In this document: piece after piece, positions 8,683 through 16,794 of the stretch
How the letters are laid out: each line of letters starts with the position of its first letter
Numbering within the stretch: position 1 is the stretch's first letter
Source of the DNA: a virus
Virus record (IMG/VR): IMGVR_UViG_3300008952_000004
Location: 1 to 64,000 of that record
Reading direction: 5' to 3' (one strand)
DNA length: 64,000 nt
Notes under the pieces: model-generated
What the model was told of the DNA's origin: nothing
Databases searched by the model: none
Seen by the model: only the letters and a program-made list of their open reading frames with translations
Program-made: the position numbers and the translations under genes

Positions 8683-8820
8683 CAGGGATACTCTTTCCTG
8701 CTATAACTAATAGTGTAGATCTACTCACTGCGTGTTGCAGCACGTGCCAAAATATTCAGGCTTATTAAGTCAACGCACTGGTTTATTCTTTTAATGGGTG
8801 TTGACTAGTTTCGGGCTATT
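8683..8820 (+). ncRNA. candidate structured intergenic RNA / regulatory element
   Basis: ORF-free gap with several hairpins: CAGGGA/TTCCTG, GCGTGT-TGCA-GCACGT, AGTCAACGC/GTGTTGACT, TAGT-TTCGG-GCTA. Confidence 0.3.
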
Positions 8821-8834
8821 ATTAAAATAAATAA

Positions 8835-8842
8835 CTAATTAT
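8835..8842 (+). promoter_or_regulatory. candidate phage late-promoter motif CTAATTAT
   Basis: CTA[TGA]TTA motif upstream of GGAG and ATG 8878. Confidence 0.45.
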
Positions 8843-8877
8843 TGAGAATAGAATTATATTCTGGAGATTATATTAAA

Positions 8878-9174
8878 ATGAAAAACACACTGGATAAAAT
8901 TACAAAAAGATTTTTACTGAATGAAGAATATGATCCTACCACATTAAGTTCTATTCAAACTATTTTCGAAATGCTTTCATCTCTGAGAATTGCTACTCAA
9001 AGAGATACTAATAGAGTTGAAATTGCTAAAGAACAATTGGTTAAAGTTAGAAGACAAATTAAAAGACTTCAAGAAAGAAATAAAAATTTAGAAGAACAAG
9101 TAACCACCTTAGAAGAACAACTTAAAGTATTAGAAGAAACAAAAACATCTAAGAAAAAGAAAGGAAAGAAATAA
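8878..9174 (+). CDS. coiled-coil hypothetical protein
   Basis: Likely ATG 8878 after GGAG; heptad-rich, Lys-rich tail; stop abuts next ATG. Confidence 0.7.
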   Translation: MKNTLDKITKRFLLNEEYDPTTLSSIQTIFEMLSSLRIATQRDTNRVEIAKEQLVKVRRQIKRLQERNKNLEEQVTTLEEQLKVLEETKTSKKKKGKK

Positions 9175-12100
9175 ATGGGTGGTGCTGCTGGGCATATGAA
9201 CCATCTTTATGACAATCCAGATTTGTCATTTGATGAAATGTTCTCAATCATGAAGGCTGCTAGCAGAGGAAAGCTTCAGGGTACTGAAAAGCTTGATGGG
9301 GTAAATGTATTCTTAGGATTCAATGCAGGCGTAGCCAAAGCAGCAAGAAACGAAAATGATATTGCCAAAGGTGGTAAAGATCTTGAAGCTATTCTCGCAA
9401 GAGACTTTAAAGGTGGAGATAAGATTAAACAAGTCTATGCTAATGCTGTCAGGGCTTTTAATCTAGCTGTTGAATCACTAAGTGATGAAGAAAGAATACA
9501 AATATTTGGAGAAAGTGGTCAGAAGTTTTATAATGCTGAAATTCTCCACACAGACGCAAAGAATATTGTAAGTTACTCAGGAGATATGATCTCTATTCAT
9601 CGTCAAGGTCATAAAGAACTAAACCCAGAAACAGGAAAAGTAGAAGAATTTGACGCCAGTTCTACAGCAGAATCTTTAGATATGGCAATTAATAAATTTG
9701 AAATACAACTTTCAGATAAAGATACAAACTATAAATTCCGCAGAGCGGCTATTCAAAATCTCAAAGAATTAACAAACAAAGAAGATTTACAGATTGCCAT
9801 GGCAAAGGTCAACAAAGCTCTGAGCAGTGCCGGTGTTGATTCTGGTGACACTGTTGGTAATTATCTTAAAGCTGTTATTTCAAATCAATTAACAGAAATT
9901 CCAGAAGAATATTTAGATATTGCTGCCAGAAGAATGACTGGTGGGTTAGCTTGGAGATCTCCGGAGATTAATAGTCTCCCAAAAGATGTTAAAAAAACTT
10001 TATCTCAATATTGGAGACAAGCCAAGCCCATGTTAGAAAAGGCTATATATCCAATTGAAGAAGCTATTCATGAATTCTCAGTAGCGATGCTGGAGGGGAT
10101 GGAATCTGCATTTATTATTGATAATAGCGCAGAAGTAAAAAGTATAAAGAAGCAAGTAGATCAAGCTATTAAACAAATTAAGTCTTATGTTTCTCAGGGT
10201 CTTCCAGGGTCTGAGAGAGCAAATGAGATTCTTGTTAAGCAGCTTTCGAAATTAAAAGGTGTAGAAAACATTACAACTGCCTCAGAAGGATTTGTTTTCG
10301 AACACGAAGGTATACTTTATAAATTTACTGGTAATTTCGCTCCCATTAATCAGATTGTTAATCTTTATAAATGGGGTCGCGGCAAACAAGTTCCTCCCAT
10401 TAGTCAACAGTTGGAAGATACACCAGAAGAAGAATTGCAAGAGGTCGAGGCTCCCCTTGGGGATCTAGCAAGGGTTGCGATTGTGCCCGGTGGCTTCAAG
10501 CCTCCACACGCTGGTCATTTTCAAGGGGCTGAATGGTTCCTGCAAGGAAAGAAACAAGACGAAAAAGATAGTGTTATCGAACCAGCCGACATAGTATATG
10601 TTCTGATCTCGCCAAAAAGTCGTATGGGTCACTCTAAGGATGGTCGCGACGGACGAGGTGTTGAGGTTACAAAGGAAATGTCAAAGCAGCTTTGGGAACT
10701 TTATATAAAAGAGAACGGGCTCGCCGGAAAGATGAAAGCAATAGTTGTTAAAGACGACTCTCCGGTTAAAGCGGCATACGACTTCATGCAGAACCTCCGT
10801 CCCGGTCAAACACTCTTGCTCGGCTGCGGAGCCAAAGATGCTTGCGATAATCGTTTCGCAAATGCTCAAGCTTGGTCAGATAAGAATGGGTACGAATTAA
10901 ATATAGAAATTGTCAATACCCCAATGATGGCAGGCGGCGTAGATGGTACAACAATGCGTCGTTATATTGCAGATAATGATTTCGAAAGTTTTGCAAAATA
11001 TATTCCCCTTAAAGATGCGACTCAAGCTTGGAATATAGTTAGACCGGATCAAGAAGTATCAGCAGTAGAGCCAGAGGCAGAGGAGGCAGTGATGGAATCT
11101 TTTATGCCCTTTCTTCGTGGGGTGATTAGAAAACTCATCGTAGAAAAAGCTAAGTCAAAATCTCAGCAACGATTTATGGGCATGGTCAAGAAGTGTCAAG
11201 ACACGGGAGATTGCGCCAGTGACGCAGTAGAGAAGGCAGCAGGAAGTATGTCTAAAGAAGATACAGACGATTATGCTAGCACAAAACACAAAGGGCTTCC
11301 CGAGAAGGTAAAAGAAGAAGATGAACTGGAAGAACTTTCCGCGATGTCCTTGGGTTCTGTTGAGGGCGCAGCTTCTGCCTCCGGTAAGAAGAAAAAACCA
11401 TATAACGTCTGGAGTCCTTCTTCGCTTGAACAAGAATTAATTAATGAACTTAAACAAGAAACAAGTGATATTATTAATTTAGACTATGGCATGCAGTTAA
11501 CAAGACAAGATTTGCCACAAATTAAGTCGACAGACGTACCTGATTTTATGGAATGGCTTCGAGATGTGCACGGAATATCCACAGAAACGGATACGATTAA
11601 CCCAAGCGGGTTAGTGCCTACTCAAAAAGAAATTAATTTAGATAAGGTAGCAGGTATGGTTGCTAAAAAAGGATTAGAATCATTGGCGACGTCTAAACCT
11701 GTTATGGTTTCATCTGACGATTATTTGATCGACGGTCATCATCGATGGTACGCACTTATCGATGCTGAATATCCCTCTATTGATGTTATAAAAATTAATA
11801 TAGAAGCAGAACAACTTATCCCTTTAATGAAAAGCTGGGACAAGGCATCCTTTAAAAGTACGGTGGAAAAGAAATTATATGAGATGGTATTAGGATATAT
11901 TGAAGAAGCTCAATCATATGAAACGTTTAAGGGCGAAAAATTTGTTTTGGATCTCAAGGACTTGTCTGTTGTTCCAACCAAACACGGTGAGGAACGCCGA
12001 TTTAGACATAAGCAAGGGGGTCGAGGAATGACAATCTCGAAAGATAGTATTGTAAAAGCCTTAGATAAAGCTATGGGTCCAATTATGAACGATTATATGA

Positions 12101-12291
12101 ACGGCGAACTAGATAATAATGAAGCATTTCTAGTTAGAGCAATTCAAGGGAAACAACCAGCATTAAATGTTGTTGCTGCACTTAAAATGCAGAAGGGACC
12201 GGATTCTGTTAATATTATAACAGTTATGAGAAAAGACGACTTTAAAACGGATAATTTTGGAGCACAAAAAAAATACGAAGTAAGTATTTGA
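9175..12291 (+). CDS. multidomain protein: RNA-ligase-like nucleotidyltransferase + HxGH cytidyltransferase-like + DUF3008-like + ParB/Srx-like + C-terminal domain
   Basis: TEKLDGVN (ligase motif I), NAEIL, SEGFVF, LYKFTG; PGGFKPPHAGH (HxGH); KSKSQQRFMGMV; LVPTQKEI...SSDDYLIDGHHRW (ParB-like). Confidence 0.75.
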   Translation: MGGAAGHMNHLYDNPDLSFDEMFSIMKAASRGKLQGTEKLDGVNVFLGFNAGVAKAARNENDIAKGGKDLEAILARDFKGGDKIKQVYANAVRAFNLAVESLSDEERIQIFGESGQKFYNAEILHTDAKNIVSYSGDMISIHRQGHKELNPETGKVEEFDASSTAESLDMAINKFEIQLSDKDTNYKFRRAAIQNLKELTNKEDLQIAMAKVNKALSSAGVDSGDTVGNYLKAVISNQLTEIPEEYLDIAARRMTGGLAWRSPEINSLPKDVKKTLSQYWRQAKPMLEKAIYPIEEAIHEFSVAMLEGMESAFIIDNSAEVKSIKKQVDQAIKQIKSYVSQGLPGSERANEILVKQLSKLKGVENITTASEGFVFEHEGILYKFTGNFAPINQIVNLYKWGRGKQVPPISQQLEDTPEEELQEVEAPLGDLARVAIVPGGFKPPHAGHFQGAEWFLQGKKQDEKDSVIEPADIVYVLISPKSRMGHSKDGRDGRGVEVTKEMSKQLWELYIKENGLAGKMKAIVVKDDSPVKAAYDFMQNLRPGQTLLLGCGAKDACDNRFANAQAWSDKNGYELNIEIVNTPMMAGGVDGTTMRRYIADNDFESFAKYIPLKDATQAWNIVRPDQEVSAVEPEAEEAVMESFMPFLRGVIRKLIVEKAKSKSQQRFMGMVKKCQDTGDCASDAVEKAAGSMSKEDTDDYASTKHKGLPEKVKEEDELEELSAMSLGSVEGAASASGKKKKPYNVWSPSSLEQELINELKQETSDIINLDYGMQLTRQDLPQIKSTDVPDFMEWLRDVHGISTETDTINPSGLVPTQKEINLDKVAGMVAKKGLESLATSKPVMVSSDDYLIDGHHRWYALIDAEYPSIDVIKINIEAEQLIPLMKSWDKASFKSTVEKKLYEMVLGYIEEAQSYETFKGEKFVLDLKDLSVVPTKHGEERRFRHKQGGRGMTISKDSIVKALDKAMGPIMNDYMNGELDNNEAFLVRAIQGKQPALNVVAALKMQKGPDSVNIITVMRKDDFKTDNFGAQKKYEVSI

Positions 12292-12302
12292 GGGGAAACT
12301 AG

Positions 12303-13331
12303 ATGTTTACAAACAGAGAAGAGTTTATAAAAGAATTAACACTGCGAGAGCACATAAGAAGTGTCGCTAAAACACTTCTTAAAGAAAAATGGTTTGGTAA
12401 AAATAAAAAATCAATCAAAGCCCCACAGCTAAGTACGGCGGATAAGCTCGAAAAAGCTTATGAAATTATGACTAGCCCGTCACCAAACTTTAAAGAGATG
12501 AATGGCTTGAACTATATCATCTGGGGACCAAATGATGAACCCATCGATCCAGAGTTACATGAATTGGGTAAAAAGTTTACTGCTAAACTTAAACAAGTAG
12601 CGGCTGAACACAGGAAGAAAGAATCGGAAAGCCCGGAACAAGTCCAAGAAGCCAACAACGAAGAGGCAGCGCTGCGTAAAATTATTAAAGAAATAATCAC
12701 TGAGGCTGCTGAGGAAATGGCGCCTCATGAAAATACTGGAATTAATGTTTTGGCAGATCTGCTCAAAAAGATTATCCCTCAAATTGAACAAGAATATAAA
12801 ATGCTTACGACCGATGCAGAACAGAGAGAATCATTTAGGGCACATGTGATCAATGCAACACAGAACTCACTATCCACCTCACAAAGTATGGATTCCTCAG
12901 ATGAAATGGATATGGCACTTCCAGAACTTGAAGAGCAAGAAGAAGAAGTAGATATTAACCTAGACGTTGAAGCCGGTGAAGACAAGTTTATTGATATTGA
13001 TGAAAAGCCGCCCGAGGAAGAAGAGGAAGAGGAGGACACATTTGGACTAGATAACGAGGATGAAACCGGTCGCAACTTTGCCCAACGTGCCTTTGAGAAG
13101 GTCGAGAAACAGATTGTTGAGGCATATGCCCTCCTTTCAAACGAAGAAGACAAACAGCTTTTCTACGATTATTTGATTACCAACTTAAAATTATATTTTG
13201 ACCGCTTTGAGGAAGAGCTTGCATCTACAACAGAAGAACCTACAACAGATGAGTATGAAGCAGAGTCTGAGGGCACCGAAGAAGGGGATTTAGAACTTGA
13301 TACCGAAGATGAAGAAGAATTGGAACTTTAG
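12303..13331 (+). CDS. highly acidic hypothetical protein, probable head/scaffold-associated
   Basis: Glu/Asp-rich C-terminal half, conserved-looking NTGINVLADLLKKI and LFYDYLITNLKLYFDRFE blocks. Confidence 0.7.
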   Translation: MFTNREEFIKELTLREHIRSVAKTLLKEKWFGKNKKSIKAPQLSTADKLEKAYEIMTSPSPNFKEMNGLNYIIWGPNDEPIDPELHELGKKFTAKLKQVAAEHRKKESESPEQVQEANNEEAALRKIIKEIITEAAEEMAPHENTGINVLADLLKKIIPQIEQEYKMLTTDAEQRESFRAHVINATQNSLSTSQSMDSSDEMDMALPELEEQEEEVDINLDVEAGEDKFIDIDEKPPEEEEEEEDTFGLDNEDETGRNFAQRAFEKVEKQIVEAYALLSNEEDKQLFYDYLITNLKLYFDRFEEELASTTEEPTTDEYEAESEGTEEGDLELDTEDEEELEL

Positions 13332-13342
13332 CGTAGAGCATA

Positions 13343-13350
13343 CTATTTAT
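13343..13350 (+). promoter_or_regulatory. candidate phage late-promoter motif CTATTTAT
   Basis: ACTATTTATA upstream of AGGAGG and ATG 13386. Confidence 0.55.
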
Positions 13351-13385
13351 AAGCAGACATTAATGTCGCAGGAGGAAACGAAAAA

Positions 13386-14540
13386 ATGCCAAGCCCAAGA
13401 AAAAGAGCCGTAAGAGCCGCATGCGGGAATATCCTTTCAGGAGAGCCCACCGTAACCCAAATCGCATATTCTAATGCGTGGTGGAACACGGTGCTCACAG
13501 AACATAGTAATAACTATGCTTCCAGTGACAAGCCATTTGAAAATGGAGCCTCAGTTCTCATTAACGGCGGTCACGTTGATTATGATGGATTAATTTCCGA
13601 CGGAGAAGTAGGTACTGCATTTGCGATCCCAGCAACGGCAAGATTAACAGTCACCAACGCTGGTGAGATCACAGCTAACGGTCAGATATCGTTTGTTACG
13701 GCTGGTGGGCATACAGTCACAATCACTGGTCATGCTAGCGCCAACGCCATGACTACAACGTCTGGTGCATCCTCGGATGGTACCTTCGATGCTAGTACGG
13801 ACTCAAATTCTACCGCACACAACAAGGCTCAAGCCCTCGCAATTGCCGCAGCTATCAGCCTCCACGACGATTTTACTGCAACGGCTGTCAATACCAATGT
13901 GGTAACAATACAACAGAACACCGCAGGCGCTTCAGGCAATACAACCGTTACTCTAGCCAGAAACGGCGCAGCCGGGAATATGTCTGCCTCCGATCTCGGC
14001 GTCGGGGATTCCTTTAAAGGTGGTGTTGATGCACTCTCCGGAGGTGGAACTGCTCCTCACTATTGGTGTGACACGGTTAATGGAAGTTCCGTTGACGTCG
14101 CGACAGCGTATGGAAAGGCGATTACCACCGCCACGGGTGTACTCTATGACCCCTCTGGACCGCATTCAAAATATATCCCAGTTTTGGAAACTGTTAGTGC
14201 TGGTGCTGCACATTATGTTGTTATCAAACCAGACGGCTGGAACGCAAACGACTATATTACTTGGGAACTCGTTGGCGACACTGAAGGCACCAATGATAAG
14301 CTTTCTATGAAGCAAATCAACGGAAGTAACGTCGCGGCAACGCTGGACGGCATCTTAGCTAATGGGACAATTGAAGCTGTGACCGACAAGGCTGGCACTG
14401 TCGCATATACAGGTAGAACGATGTATGACTCCGCAAACGAAAACGGCATTGCCGTTGTGTGGGAGGCTGACGGCACAGGCGCAGACGATAGCAGTATGAA
14501 AAATGGCTGGTATTTCCGCTGGAGCCACACGGCAGTATAA
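13386..14540 (+). CDS. Ala/Gly/Thr-rich virion structural protein (fibre/decoration-like)
   Basis: Small-residue-rich beta-strand composition, follows late motif and strong RBS. Confidence 0.6.
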   Translation: MPSPRKRAVRAACGNILSGEPTVTQIAYSNAWWNTVLTEHSNNYASSDKPFENGASVLINGGHVDYDGLISDGEVGTAFAIPATARLTVTNAGEITANGQISFVTAGGHTVTITGHASANAMTTTSGASSDGTFDASTDSNSTAHNKAQALAIAAAISLHDDFTATAVNTNVVTIQQNTAGASGNTTVTLARNGAAGNMSASDLGVGDSFKGGVDALSGGGTAPHYWCDTVNGSSVDVATAYGKAITTATGVLYDPSGPHSKYIPVLETVSAGAAHYVVIKPDGWNANDYITWELVGDTEGTNDKLSMKQINGSNVAATLDGILANGTIEAVTDKAGTVAYTGRTMYDSANENGIAVVWEADGTGADDSSMKNGWYFRWSHTAV

Positions 14541-14553
14541 TAAGGAATAAACA

Positions 14554-14820
14554 ATGTCTAAATTATTAGAAGCTTTAGAACAAAAGGCAAAGAAAAAAGG
14601 AGCGCCGCTTCAAGAAGCGGTTGCCTCCCTACCTTGCCTTTCCAAAGACTCTTTGACTGAAGCCGAAGCCAACGAAGCTTGCGAAGTACTCGCTCCCATT
14701 ATTGGCGAAGGTTCTTTTATAATGGATCTGATCCGAGCCAAGGTTGGCAAAGCCAAACCCAAAGCTAAACCAAAGAAGAAAGCCAAACTCAAAATTGTAA
14801 AAGATTCTGACGAGGAATAA
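14554..14820 (+). CDS. small Lys-rich hypothetical protein
   Basis: RBS AAGGA, ORF 88 aa. Confidence 0.65.
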   Translation: MSKLLEALEQKAKKKGAPLQEAVASLPCLSKDSLTEAEANEACEVLAPIIGEGSFIMDLIRAKVGKAKPKAKPKKKAKLKIVKDSDEE

Positions 14821-14824
14821 ATAA

Positions 14825-15496
14825 ATGTCCACCGTAGGCGAAGATGAAGATCGCTCCTTAACCACTGAATTGCTTCCGGCAGAGCCTAAGACAGTTGTGC
14901 ATTCAGATTTCACTTTAAATCATTATGATATAGCTCACAGTCACGCTAATTTTGATGTAGCTGGCGATGGGTCGGAAGGTAAAGCATTTGGCTCATTCAC
15001 ACTTACAGGTACATCTCTGGGTGACTATAGCACTGATGACTACTTTACATTACAAGACGCAAAGGGTAACCAAGTACGGTTTATAATTAATAAATCATCC
15101 TCTGACGTAACCGGAGCGCAAACCGGCGTCGTATCAGGTACGAATACACCAACCGTAACTATAGGTTTAGTAGGCTGTTCTGATAAAGCAGACGTCACCA
15201 GTCGATTTCACGGTGCAATTAACGCATGTCAACCCACACTACATATTATGGCTTCATACCAAGGAGGACCTGGCACTGGAGTAATAGTTTTATTTCAATT
15301 AATACCAGGGGTCCTGGGAAATTGGAACCTGAGCCACTCTAACTGTAATATAAGCAGCGTCGATGGATCCGGTACTCTCGTCGGCATGACAGGTGGTACG
15401 CCAACTGGTCAAGCTCCATTCTCCAGCCGATTTCAATTAGTAAGATCTCCACAATCAAGCGGCATCACCAGCGGCGAAAGTAAACTAGAAGGTTAA
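14825..15496 (+). CDS. Gly/Thr-rich putative virion protein
   Basis: Composition and TLQDAKGNQVRFII...FHGAIN...VLFQLIPGVLGN pattern resembling the 13386 protein modules. Confidence 0.55.
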   Translation: MSTVGEDEDRSLTTELLPAEPKTVVHSDFTLNHYDIAHSHANFDVAGDGSEGKAFGSFTLTGTSLGDYSTDDYFTLQDAKGNQVRFIINKSSSDVTGAQTGVVSGTNTPTVTIGLVGCSDKADVTSRFHGAINACQPTLHIMASYQGGPGTGVIVLFQLIPGVLGNWNLSHSNCNISSVDGSGTLVGMTGGTPTGQAPFSSRFQLVRSPQSSGITSGESKLEG

Positions 15497-15498
15497 TC

Positions 15499-15867
15499 TT
15501 GACTTGGAAAAGTAAAAAGAAACTTTATGGTTCAAATCCTGAGTATAGTGTCGTAAGAAAACTTCGAAAGGACGGCAAGTCTAATGAGCAGTTAGAACTT
15601 ATGATAGGCGCCTTGAGTTTGGAAGAACTGATTGCCCTTAAACTAGATCTTGCCACAAAAGCAACAGGCGGCAAAATGTATGGATTCCCATTATGGTATT
15701 CGGTACCAGAGATATGTCGTGCTGCTGTATTAAAATACACTCTGTCAGCAGCTAGGACTAAGATGGAAGCTGCGAGATTTTTAGGTATCAATACAGAATA
15801 TCTGTACCGTTTGATAAAAAAATATGGTACAGATACATTTTTTAGCGAAAAAGAGCTTGACAAATGA
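15499..15867 (+). CDS. Fis-type helix-turn-helix DNA-binding protein
   Basis: C-terminal AVLKYTLSAARTKMEAARFLGINTEYLYRLIKKYG matches the Fis/NtrC HTH pattern (AAR.LGI....L...KKYG); TTG start after GAAGG. Confidence 0.7.
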   Translation: MTWKSKKKLYGSNPEYSVVRKLRKDGKSNEQLELMIGALSLEELIALKLDLATKATGGKMYGFPLWYSVPEICRAAVLKYTLSAARTKMEAARFLGINTEYLYRLIKKYGTDTFFSEKELDK

Positions 15868-15885
15868 GTATTGTGCTGTTAGTAT
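15857..15885 (+). promoter_or_regulatory. sigma70-type promoter for the ncRNA/tmRNA region
   Basis: TTGACA (15857-15862), 17-nt spacer, TAGTAT (15880-15885). Confidence 0.65.
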
Positions 15886-15980
15886 TGTATATAGAATCTA
15901 GTGAGAGGGTCCGTTATAACGTATTGGAAAATAATTAACAAATGAAATAAAATACTATATATTGAGAGTAAGACCTGCGC

Positions 15981-16127
15981 CTGTGGGGGTGCTAAACGTG
16001 GGAAAAGAAATTAATACAATGGACTTTACACCCTTCAATGGTTCTCGAATGAAGGTGGCTACACTGGAGCCAGTTAAAAGGAACCTAGCCTTATTGGAGC
16101 GAAGATCCAATCCCCTCCACAGTTTTT
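15981..16127 (+). ncRNA. candidate novel multi-branched structured RNA upstream of tmRNA
   Basis: Closing stem CTGTGG/CCACAG followed by T-run; inner stems GGGTGCTAAA/TTTACACCC, TTCA/TGAA, GGCTA/TAGCC with ACTG/CAGT, ATTGGA/TCCAAT; possible pseudoknot GGTTCT/GGAACC. Confidence 0.5.
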
Positions 16128-16141
16128 GTTCTTTACAGTAT

Positions 16142-16449
16142 GGGGGCGAACTGGTATCGACAGTGTGCCGAAAATTATTTGTGCAAGGCTGTGTGAGTGT
16201 ACACAGTAAAAACACTCAACTTTTTAACTGCAAACGATAACGTTGAAGTTGATTACGCCTTAGCTGCGTAATCTGGGGAAGCCATTCCTTATTAATCAAA
16301 ATGGCATATTGGGATTCCTACTTCCTTATAAGGTAGGTGGTTAGCGGGGGCATGTAGAGTTTGTCAGAGTACATAAACTGACTAACCTTGTGAATGACAA
16401 ATAAATGGAAACATATTGGACCGGGGTTCGACTCCCCGCGCCTCCACCA
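16142..16449 (+). ncRNA. ssrA: tmRNA (transfer-messenger RNA), tag peptide ANDNVEVDYALAA
   Basis: 5' GGGGGCG pairs with 3' CGCCTCC-A-CCA including G3.U70; GTATCGAC after 5' stem; T-arm CGGGG-TTCGACT-CCCCG; tag frame 16230-16271 ends YALAA*. Confidence 0.95.
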
Positions 16450-16472
16450 TAAATTATTAAAGGAAAACATTA

Positions 16473-16793
16473 ATGGCAAATCCAAGAAAAAGAAAAGCAG
16501 CAATTATCCAAGCATTGCAAGCAATGGAAGAAGTTCAGTCAACAACTCGTCCAGAAGCAGAAGAAAGGGTCAGCGCAGTAATCGATAATATTGTTGCAGC
16601 TACTGACGAAGAAATCTCGCAAGAAGATTGGTTGGAGAAAAGGGCAGCAGAATTGGCATCAGCGCTCGAAACAGATCCAGTTGCTCCAGTTGTTAAACCA
16701 AAAAAAACAACAAGCACTAAGAAGAATCCTCTTGCCTCTGCAAAGAAGAAATTAACCAAAAAGTCTAAGCGCAAGAAAAAGGTTAAAAAATAA
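16473..16793 (+). CDS. hypothetical protein with Lys-rich C-terminus
   Basis: RBS AAGGA, 106 aa, basic tail. Confidence 0.65.
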   Translation: MANPRKRKAAIIQALQAMEEVQSTTRPEAEERVSAVIDNIVAATDEEISQEDWLEKRAAELASALETDPVAPVVKPKKTTSTKKNPLASAKKKLTKKSKRKKKVKK

Positions 16794-16794
16794 C

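Noticed and set aside
15962-16240. 92-aa ORF in the track
   Set aside because: Overlaps the structured RNA and the tmRNA 5' end, has no RBS or recognisable motifs; likely spurious.
16318-16588. Short ORFs 16318..16503 (-) and 16394..16588 (+)
   Set aside because: Overlap tmRNA and the better-supported 16473 gene.
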